Positions 25,670-32,000 of a DNA stretch of 32,000 nt are shown in pieces. The notes under the pieces are model-generated. The model saw only the letters and a list, made by a program, of their open reading frames with translations, had not been told where the DNA came from and did not search any database. The position numbers were made by a program, and so were the translations under genes. The number at the start of each line of letters is the position of its first letter. Within the stretch, counting starts at the first letter, position 1. The DNA comes from Candidatus Saccharimonadota bacterium (GTDB taxonomy: Bacteria; Patescibacteriota; Gracilibacteria; UBA4473), in contig OZ245819.1 in NCBI GenBank assembly GCA_965228485.1, positions 450,001-482,000 on the forward strand, written 5' to 3'.

Positions 25670-26770
25670 TTAAACCTTCAATGGCATGATTAAGTGGACA
25701 AAGTCCGTTTTTCCAAGCCGCTTGAAAACGGCTGGATTCATTTTCCCTTCCATTTCGAAAAGAATTTTCTCATCATCAATCGCCGCTAGAACATCTAATA
25801 CGTAGTCAGCGTTGAGTGCGATAACATTGGTTTCCCCATCAATCTTAACTCCAATGGTTGTTTTTTCTTCCCCAATCTGAGTAGTGTCAGTAGATACCGT
25901 CATAGTCCCGTCGTTTAGGAACTCTAACTTCATGTGTTGATTATTTTCTTTTGCAAAGATTGAAACTCGTCGAACCGCTAATGCAAGTTCTTCTCGTGAG
26001 ATCTCAACCGTCGTTTTATGTTCTTTTGGCAGGATTTGTTCATAAGGAGGAAACTGCCCTTCTATTAATCGAGAAACAAGCTCTGTTCCTTCGATAGCAA
26101 ACATTACTTGATTTTCTGAAATAGTAATAGCCACTTCTTCCTTCCCAGAAGCAAGCCTATCAGCTTCGTAGAAAGCTCTCACAGGAATAACACAGCTTAC
26201 CTCCTCCACTTCGTTTTTGATATTTATTACCTTCTCTGAAAGTCGATAAGAATCTGTTGCCGCGAATCTAATTTCATCTTTCTTCGCTGAGACATAAACT
26301 CCAGAGAGAATCGGTCGAGAAGCATTTTCCTGAGCCGAGAAAGCCACTTGATGCACCGTATCTCGAAAAGCATCAGCTGAAAGTGACAATTTTGTTCCAT
26401 GATCCACACGAGCAATCGATGGGAATTCATCCGCTGCAATTCCTTTAATTTTGGTTTTTGACGACTTTGAATTCAACTCAAGAGCCGTTCCATCAGAAAC
26501 TTTCAACTCGACATCTTCTGATTTACTCAGCAGAGAAGTATACGAAGTTAAAATTTTAGCTGGTACAGTAATCGCTCCTTCATTTTTAATATCTGCCTCT
26601 ACTGAAGTAGAAATAGAAATTTCTAAATTTGTAGCCGCAAAATATAGTTTTCTTCCTTCTGCTCGAATCAAAATATTTCCGAGTACTGGTAGTGTATTGG
26701 CTCCAGAAACCGCTCGAGAAACGGTTTTTAAACTTTCTAAAAGATCGGACTGTGAGATAATTACTTTCAT
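25670..26770 (-). CDS. dnaN: DNA polymerase III beta sliding clamp
   Basis: 366 aa. Typical N-terminus (LLESLKTVSRAVSGANTLPVLGNILIRAEGRKLYFAATNLEISI), three-domain length, C-terminal ...HLIMPLKV. Confidence 0.95.
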   Translation of the reverse strand: MKVIISQSDLLESLKTVSRAVSGANTLPVLGNILIRAEGRKLYFAATNLEISISTSVEADIKNEGAITVPAKILTSYTSLLSKSEDVELKVSDGTALELNSKSSKTKIKGIAADEFPSIARVDHGTKLSLSADAFRDTVHQVAFSAQENASRPILSGVYVSAKKDEIRFAATDSYRLSEKVINIKNEVEEVSCVIPVRAFYEADRLASGKEEVAITISENQVMFAIEGTELVSRLIEGQFPPYEQILPKEHKTTVEISREELALAVRRVSIFAKENNQHMKLEFLNDGTMTVSTDTTQIGEEKTTIGVKIDGETNVIALNADYVLDVLAAIDDEKILFEMEGKMNPAVFKRLGKTDFVHLIMPLKV

Positions 26771-26833
26771 TCGTTAAAATTGTACAAGAAAAGTAGGCGC
26801 TTCAAAACAAAAAAATCAAAAAAACAACCTCTC

Positions 26834-26861
26834 TTGACTTTTTTATAAGGCAGCATATTAA
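26834..26861 (+). promoter_or_regulatory. candidate promoter with a long leader upstream of the CNNM gene
   Basis: TTGACT (26834..26839), 16 nt, TATTAA (26856..26861). This would give a ~170-nt 5' leader. Confidence 0.35.
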
Positions 26862-27037
26862 GAATCCCTAATTTAAATTATTTTGACGGACTTAGAAATC
26901 CACATAAAATAGAACTCGTATTCATGATTATAAGCGACGAACCAGAGCCCGGACCGAGACGATTCAGTGCGTCGAATTATGAAATTTTAGACAACCGAGA
27001 TATTTCGGCTGTGCTTTTAACTATGTAATCCCAATAA

Positions 27038-28369
27038 ATGAGTGAACTTTTTTTACTATGTGTACTTTTGATATTATCTGGATTTTTTTCTGGAGCAGAA
27101 ATTGCACTTTTCAGTCTTGGAGCTGAACGAATTTCGGCTCTTAAAAAGCAAACAGAAAAAAAATCTACTCTTCAAAAAATCGCACGATTAGAAGTGCTAA
27201 AGTCTGACCCACAGAAACTACTCGTCACCATTCTTATTGGTAACAATGTGGTTAATGTTGCCTCTTCTGCATTGGCAACCGTTATGGCTACTAAATTTGC
27301 CGAAAACAATGGTTTCGGAAACCAAGAAGCCATGGTAATTGGAGTGGTAACGGGGATTATGACCTTTTTACTACTACTCTTTGGAGAGATTACGCCAAAA
27401 AGCTTGGCTCACCGACATGCCGTTAAGTTTTCGCTCTTCGTTGCCCCTATTCTCTCGGTGATGCAAATTCTGCTAACGCCAATTGTGGTACCACTGTCTA
27501 AATTTGTAAAACAAGTCTCAGGAGATCAAGAGGAAAAACACGGACTAACGGAAGAAGAACTCAAAGCCGCTCTAGAACTTTCTGAACAAGAAGGGAAAAT
27601 CGATCACGACGAAAAAGAGTGGGTCGAAAAAATACTCGAATTTGGAGAACATACTGTAGAGAATATTATGACTCCTCGTTCAAAGATCTTCGCTTTTGAA
27701 GATTCAACCCCTATTGAAGAAGCTCTTATAGGAATTCGAGAAGAAAAATTTTCACGAATCCCTGTTTACCACGAAGAACTGGATCAAATTACTGGAATCC
27801 TGAGCGTTCATGGGATTGTTGAGAAAATGTCTGATGATGATTTCAACAAACTCAAGGTTGCAAATCTCCCTCTAAAAAAGCCTTACAAAGCCCCTGTTAC
27901 AATGAAGATTGATAAACTTCTACTAGAATTTCAAAAAGAGCAGACACATATGTCTCTGGTTTATGATGAACATGGCGGTCTTGTTGGACTCATTACTCTT
28001 GAGGATCTACTTGAAGAAATATTTGGAGAAATCCATGACGAACAAGATGAAGAAAGAATCAATGTTCGCCAGACTGGAAAAAGTACCTTCACTACAGATA
28101 ATGAGACTGAGCTTGAGCAACTAGAGAATTTTGTAAAAGAAAAAATGAATGGACAGACTCCAGAGTTTTTTCCTTGGAGTCTCGAGGATGAAAATAAATC
28201 CATTGGCTTATTTCTTCTTGAACGATTAGAAAAATTCCCAGAAGTTGGAGAAAAGCTCAAACTAAAAACTCGTGATGCTGATTTCAAATTTGTAATTACC
28301 CAAAGTGAAGACGATAGAATTACCGAAGTAGAATTCAGTATTTATCCACATGAAATCGAAAAAAAATAA
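27038..28369 (+). CDS. CNNM/DUF21 + CBS-pair + CorC_HlyC protein (hemolysin-family / CorB-like divalent-cation transporter)
   Basis: 443 aa. DUF21 TM domain (LLILSGFFSGAEIALFSL), a CBS pair starting VENIMTPRSKIFAFE, a C-terminal transporter-associated domain. Confidence 0.85.
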   Translation: MSELFLLCVLLILSGFFSGAEIALFSLGAERISALKKQTEKKSTLQKIARLEVLKSDPQKLLVTILIGNNVVNVASSALATVMATKFAENNGFGNQEAMVIGVVTGIMTFLLLLFGEITPKSLAHRHAVKFSLFVAPILSVMQILLTPIVVPLSKFVKQVSGDQEEKHGLTEEELKAALELSEQEGKIDHDEKEWVEKILEFGEHTVENIMTPRSKIFAFEDSTPIEEALIGIREEKFSRIPVYHEELDQITGILSVHGIVEKMSDDDFNKLKVANLPLKKPYKAPVTMKIDKLLLEFQKEQTHMSLVYDEHGGLVGLITLEDLLEEIFGEIHDEQDEERINVRQTGKSTFTTDNETELEQLENFVKEKMNGQTPEFFPWSLEDENKSIGLFLLERLEKFPEVGEKLKLKTRDADFKFVITQSEDDRITEVEFSIYPHEIEKK

Positions 28370-29135
28370 AAATTTCCTCATAAAGACCTGGGACTGGTTA
28401 TTTGAAAACATTGTGTTTCTCAACCCAAATCTCTGGCCCTGGAGGGAAACTTTTGCGCGAACACTCGGACTGAGTCTTACTCTGAGTTTCTTTTTTATTA
28501 AGGGGACTTTTCTTCTTGAAAGAATTGTTTGGATGCAAGAATCTGGAGTTAAAAGTTTTTTTCTTTCTGGTAATACTTCCCTCTTCAGCTTTGCAGATAT
28601 AGACCTTATTGTATGGGCTATCGAAATGATCATTGTTCTGAGCTACAGCTTTATCTATCTGATTAGACAATCCGCAAAAAATATCGCTTATGGGTTTAAA
28701 GAAGTAGTCTATCCGATCCTTATTGCCACACTTCCCTTCTTTATTCTCTTTTCTCCAGAAAATTTGGCCACCAATAATCCCCAACATTATGTCTGGTATG
28801 TAGCTATAGCTTTTAGTTTTATGCTCGTTGGAGCAATAATAAATCTTATTGGACTTCTTCAACTTAGACGAGCCTTCTCCGTCATGGCAGAAGCTCGCAC
28901 ATTAGTAAAAACCGGACTCTATAAATACATCCGACACCCAATCTATACGGGACATTTCTTACTTTTCTTTGGGAGTCTTTGTTTTCATTTCTATTGGCAA
29001 ACAGCGCTTTGTTATATGGTTTTTATCATCGGTCAAACCTACCGAGCTCGAATTGAAGAGTCTAAGCTCGAAAAGACCTTTCCTAAATATAAAAGCTATC
29101 GAACAAAAACGGGAATGTTTTTCCCTAAGTTGTAA
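28350..29135 (+). CDS. isoprenylcysteine carboxyl / phospholipid methyltransferase-family membrane protein
   Basis: 261 aa polytopic protein. LVKTGLYKYIRHPIYTGHFLLFFG and RARIEESKLEKTFPKYKSYRTKTGMFFP match the ICMT/PEMT pattern. Overlaps the upstream gene by 20 nt. Confidence 0.7.
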   Translation: MKSKKNKNFLIKTWDWLFENIVFLNPNLWPWRETFARTLGLSLTLSFFFIKGTFLLERIVWMQESGVKSFFLSGNTSLFSFADIDLIVWAIEMIIVLSYSFIYLIRQSAKNIAYGFKEVVYPILIATLPFFILFSPENLATNNPQHYVWYVAIAFSFMLVGAIINLIGLLQLRRAFSVMAEARTLVKTGLYKYIRHPIYTGHFLLFFGSLCFHFYWQTALCYMVFIIGQTYRARIEESKLEKTFPKYKSYRTKTGMFFPKL

Positions 29136-29136
29136 A

Positions 29137-29784
29137 TTATCGTCTTCTTGGAGGATTTACATGTCGTCGACCTTTCCCTCCTGGGGTAATCATAGACATT
29201 CCGGTTTGGCTTCCAATAACAGAATTTACAGCACATCTCCCAGGAATATCTGCACGAACCTCTACTCCCTGAAATGGTGCTAATTTTTCTTTCAATTTTT
29301 GATCACGTTTCACTCTTGAGAAAACCGACCGTGCTGAAAATTCATGTACAGTACCATCTTCTTCTTCTAGAAACAAAATTGATCTATCTACTGATAAATA
29401 AAGCTCTACTATAGGGCCTTTTAGGATTTCAACTACTGTTTCAAAGGCACCTTCATTTTGAACTGGAGTCATCATTTTTGCTGCTAGATAGTCCCCTGCC
29501 CCAGGAGCCAACATTTCTGGAGGTAAAAGATCAGTTTCTACCTCTGGTAGTTCATCAGCATTTTCGACCAGTTCATCAAGAGAGAGAATCGTAAAACCAC
29601 TATCAGGAAAATCATCAGCCTCTGTATGGTTATCTGGGCCAGGCTCTCCATTAGATAAAAAATACTTATCAGTCCCCGCATTTTTAATATCTCGGTCACC
29701 AGAGAAATCCAATTCTGGAACTTCTTCCACAACATCGCCATCGACTCCTTTCTTCATTCTTAATTTAAAATTAACTTCAAACAA
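29137..29784 (-). CDS. hypothetical acidic protein with a basic C-terminal tail
   Basis: 215-aa ORF. The track start is TTG; the first ATG is at 29757 (MKKGVDG...). Acidic, Pro-rich N-terminal half, a structured C-terminal half, and the tail PGGKGRRHVNPPRRR. No named domain. Confidence 0.5.
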   Translation of the reverse strand: MFEVNFKLRMKKGVDGDVVEEVPELDFSGDRDIKNAGTDKYFLSNGEPGPDNHTEADDFPDSGFTILSLDELVENADELPEVETDLLPPEMLAPGAGDYLAAKMMTPVQNEGAFETVVEILKGPIVELYLSVDRSILFLEEEDGTVHEFSARSVFSRVKRDQKLKEKLAPFQGVEVRADIPGRCAVNSVIGSQTGMSMITPGGKGRRHVNPPRRR

Positions 29785-29813
29785 GAATATAAAATCAAAA
29801 AACCAAAAGTCAA

Positions 29814-30407
29814 CTACTTTCCAAAAATCCCTGTCTGATATTTTTGGAGAATTTTTTTAAGATTCTCCATATCGAAATCTTGAATCTGATTATTTGCAAG
29901 AAAAGCTTTTAATAGTCGTGATAAATGCTGAGAAAAAGTTTTCACAAACTCTTCGTTTTCTTTCAACTGAGCTAATTTAGTAGTTGTAGACACATGATCC
30001 GCTCCATAAATAAATGTCCACCAATAGGACAATTTATCTTCAACCTTTGCTGGCAAGTTTGCCTTAGAAAAATCCGCTCGACTCTCAATAAAACGTTCAA
30101 ATTCTGTAAAACAGATTTTCCCAGCTTCATCATTCACTACTGATAAGACCCCTAATATCGTAAGACTTGGAATTTCATGGTTAATCAAGAAAATTACTAG
30201 ATCGAGATCATCTTTAGAAAGTTTTGGAACCAGCTTTGCTAAATCTCCATCAAAACTCTTAGCCTTAGTTTCGTCCTTCTTGATTTGTTGAATCCGAGCT
30301 TGAGCCGCAGCAATCCGAGCCTGTATCTGCTCATCAGACTCCTTTGCCTCTTCGGATACATTCCCCATCATCAAGCCCTCCAAACTGTCTCCAACACTTT
30401 CTGCCAT
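29814..30407 (-). CDS. hypothetical protein
   Basis: 197-aa ORF with an ATG start, 29 nt upstream of the previous gene on the same strand. Coiled-coil N-terminus plus a helical domain. No named domain. Confidence 0.55.
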   Translation of the reverse strand: MAESVGDSLEGLMMGNVSEEAKESDEQIQARIAAAQARIQQIKKDETKAKSFDGDLAKLVPKLSKDDLDLVIFLINHEIPSLTILGVLSVVNDEAGKICFTEFERFIESRADFSKANLPAKVEDKLSYWWTFIYGADHVSTTTKLAQLKENEEFVKTFSQHLSRLLKAFLANNQIQDFDMENLKKILQKYQTGIFGK

Positions 30408-30528
30408 AAGGATAAATTATTCATTCACACTATAGACATAAAATATCAACGATCAACGGTTAGCACCAAGATTTGACGATTGGATGCTTTTTTTTAGGAT
30501 AATAAGTAACTAATACACATATAAAATC

Positions 30529-30888
30529 ATGCATACTAAAACTTTGACATTCAAGACCGAAGAAATGTTCGAAGTTCGAAATATCACTCCTCTAGTTGAA
30601 GAGTTTCTTAAAGATGGTGGAGCCCTCGACGGCCTCGTTAATGTGTTTACCCAACATACTACGGTTGCTATAAAAATTAATGAAGATGGTTTTTCTGGTG
30701 ACAGTATTAATTCTGAAGGTCAAAATCCTCAAGCCACTCAGATGCTTATTGGCTCAACATCAGAAACAATTCCAGTAGTTAATGGAAAAATGAGACTTGG
30801 AAGTTTGCAAAGTATCTTAATGATTGAACTCAATACTCCACAGGAAAGACGTGTCGTTCTCAGCTTTGTTGGAAACAAAAAGTCTTAA
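30529..30888 (+). CDS. YjbQ/UPF0047-like protein, shortened and degenerate
   Basis: 119 aa. FEVRNITPLVEEFL, GLVNVFTQHTTVAIKINE and IPVVNGKMRLGSLQSILMIEL...RRVVLSFVG follow the YjbQ pattern, but ~20 central residues are missing. Confidence 0.6.
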   Translation: MHTKTLTFKTEEMFEVRNITPLVEEFLKDGGALDGLVNVFTQHTTVAIKINEDGFSGDSINSEGQNPQATQMLIGSTSETIPVVNGKMRLGSLQSILMIELNTPQERRVVLSFVGNKKS

Positions 30889-30900
30889 ACAGACCTACAC

Positions 30901-32000
30901 TTAGTCCCAGAAGATTAATGAAGTCATCAACTTTTTCCAAAGATTTGGTGGCTGTTCATCAATATCTAAGAGAGCCTGAAGATCTTCATCAATATCTCCT
31001 GGATATTCCATATCTTCCACTGCGGGCATCGTTTCAGGAACCTCAAATCCCTCAAAGCTCATCCCCGGAACAATTTCCATAAGATTTTGGAGCTCTTCCT
31101 GAGTCATCGGTGGAATTTTCACGCTTCCAAACTCAGGCAGATTTTCCTCTGGAAATACTGGTGGCGGAGTCATCCCCTCTTCCAAAACATCCACAGCCCC
31201 TGGCTTTCCTCCCGTTTCAAACCAGGCTCCATGTTCCATCAAATCAGAAACTTCATCAAAATAAAGTAAACAAACAGACTCAGCTAAAGCCTCATCACAA
31301 TGGCTTTCCGTACATTCTGAATCATCAGTAAATTGATCATAGACACAAGCATTACACCCATCAAAAGTAACCTTACATTGATTCATCATTACTGGTGGCA
31401 TATCAACTGGAGGCAGAAAGTCGTCATCAAAGTATTCTTCACACCGTGGTTCTGACGTCTCCATACAAGCCATTTCTGTACAGACCATCATTCCTCCTGG
31501 CTCGCTCCGTCCACAACGATTACATCCATCGAACCAACGAGCACAATTCGCTGGCGGCTCACTAGCATCCACCACTTCAAAGCTCATGTCAATAATATCG
31601 TCAAAAGCTGTGTCCAAAAGAGATTCTGCAAGTATTGACTCAGCCGCTACTGCTGCATCTGTCATACCTTCATACTTTTTATTTCCCGCTAAATGAGTGG
31701 TGCTATAGTTTCCTTCTGTATCCTCACTTGCAAATATCATCCAGACACTATCTGGTTCAAAAGTTTTTGCTGAATCATATCCACAAGCGGCCGAAGAAGC
31801 TCGCGTTCTAACTCTTACTTTTTGAGGCTCTTCTCCCTTGAGTGGCAAAAGCACCAAAAAATCTACGCCAATAATTCCTGTATCACTTTTAAATCTCCCC
31901 GCTTGAATCACTTCTCCCACAAATACCATGTCCGCATTATCCAAATGATCTTGTTCGGTAACTGGACCCTGCGGCGGAGAACAAGCTTCTACAAAACCTG
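30901..32000 (-). CDS. Cys-rich, probably exported protein, 5'-truncated by the window edge
   Basis: The track start (31944) is a TTG. The frame stays open to nt 32000 (...GFVEACSPPQGPVTEQDHLDNADMVFVGEV). The N-terminus resembles bacterial TIMP-like OB-fold proteins (Cys, ~20 aa, then aDxVFvGxV). It has two 6-Cys repeats and an acidic Pro-rich C-terminus. Confidence 0.7.
   Translation of the reverse strand, partial: GFVEACSPPQGPVTEQDHLDNADMVFVGEVIQAGRFKSDTGIIGVDFLVLLPLKGEEPQKVRVRTRASSAACGYDSAKTFEPDSVWMIFASEDTEGNYSTTHLAGNKKYEGMTDAAVAAESILAESLLDTAFDDIIDMSFEVVDASEPPANCARWFDGCNRCGRSEPGGMMVCTEMACMETSEPRCEEYFDDDFLPPVDMPPVMMNQCKVTFDGCNACVYDQFTDDSECTESHCDEALAESVCLLYFDEVSDLMEHGAWFETGGKPGAVDVLEEGMTPPPVFPEENLPEFGSVKIPPMTQEELQNLMEIVPGMSFEGFEVPETMPAVEDMEYPGDIDEDLQALLDIDEQPPNLWKKLMTSLIFWD

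Noticed and set aside
26771-27037. Replication origin upstream of dnaN.
   Set aside because: dnaA is not adjacent. I found only one degenerate DnaA-box-like 9-mer (aaatccaca, ~26897..26905, two mismatches to TTATCCACA) and no cluster or AT-rich 13-mer repeats. Isolated box-like 9-mers at 658..666 and 7078..7086 are also singletons.
26862-27037. M-box (Mg2+) or another known riboswitch in front of the CNNM/CorB-type gene.
   Set aside because: I cannot recognise the conserved cores of the M-box, yybP-ykoY or NiCo classes. Only short 5-6-bp helices are visible. It is reported instead as an unexplained leader/sORF.
1486-31331. About 30 short ORFs (60-154 aa) from the six-frame track. Examples: 1486..1737, 2768..3097, 4636..4821, 4769..4969, 5823..6041, 7822..8016, 10613..10819, 11177..11599, 11606..11812, 12200..12382, 13149..13448, 13538..13822, 14122..14355, 14715..14918, 14815..15021, 15517..15723, 17219..17488, 17450..17794, 17886..18068, 19096..19281, 23474..23743, 26227..26439, 26451..26777, 27961..28287, 28262..28633, 28398..28862, 28969..29283, 29538..29741, 30285..30476, 31087..31269, 31110..31331.
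   Set aside because: Each lies inside, mostly antisense to, a much longer ORF with a clear family signature or protein-like composition. Their translations are low-complexity or Ser/Leu/Phe/Lys-rich, as expected for shadow frames. None has its own promoter or terminator.
1-32000. Alternative genetic code (UGA recoded as Gly or Trp, as in Gracilibacteria/SR1 or Mycoplasma), given the CPR-like style.
   Set aside because: All conserved genes (mfd, dnaN, atpA, atpI, kinase) read through at full length with the standard code. TGA occurs as a sensible stop at 645..647 and 2806..2808.
1-32000. CRISPR arrays, tRNA/rRNA genes, transposases, integrases and phage genes.
   Set aside because: I saw no spaced direct repeats. 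None of the intergenic regions (all under 270 nt) shows a tRNA-like acceptor/T-arm pattern. No ORF has recombinase, transposase or capsid-like motifs.

Overview
This is a tightly packed, low-GC bacterial chromosome segment. Stop codons are standard (TAA dominates, TGA appears as a stop twice) and there are almost no Shine-Dalgarno sequences. That style fits an uncultivated small-genome lineage (CPR/Patescibacteria-like), but I cannot assign taxonomy from this window. Left to right, the content is: a 5'-truncated orphan gene; a sensor kinase plus REC-only regulator; a self-contained hisG-hisIE unit preceded by a His-codon leader peptide and terminator/antiterminator; V/A-type ATPase subunit A; two giant orphan genes (993 and 1295 aa) on the opposite strand; ATPase subunits F, C, E, K, I and H; DUF805; an MFS/TLC-like transporter fused to HEAT repeats; a small orphan; mfd; dnaN; a CNNM/CorB-type CBS protein; an ICMT-like methyltransferase; two orphan acidic proteins; a degenerate YjbQ-like protein; and a 5'-truncated Cys-rich protein. 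No rRNA, tRNA, CRISPR, transposase or integrase was seen. The best candidate for something undescribed is the 7.1-kb two-gene module (7219..14132) sitting exactly where atpF should abut atpA. It is antisense to the ATPase operon, and its stop codon overlaps the atpF stop in a TTAA. The two proteins share N-terminal and C-terminal motifs and have no domain I can name apart from an SH3b-like fold. atpA, cut off from its operon, carries a near-exact copy of the operon promoter module, and atpB/atpD are absent from the window. A second solid observation is the hisL-style attenuator in front of hisG. All functional calls come from reading the translations by eye; no database search was possible.
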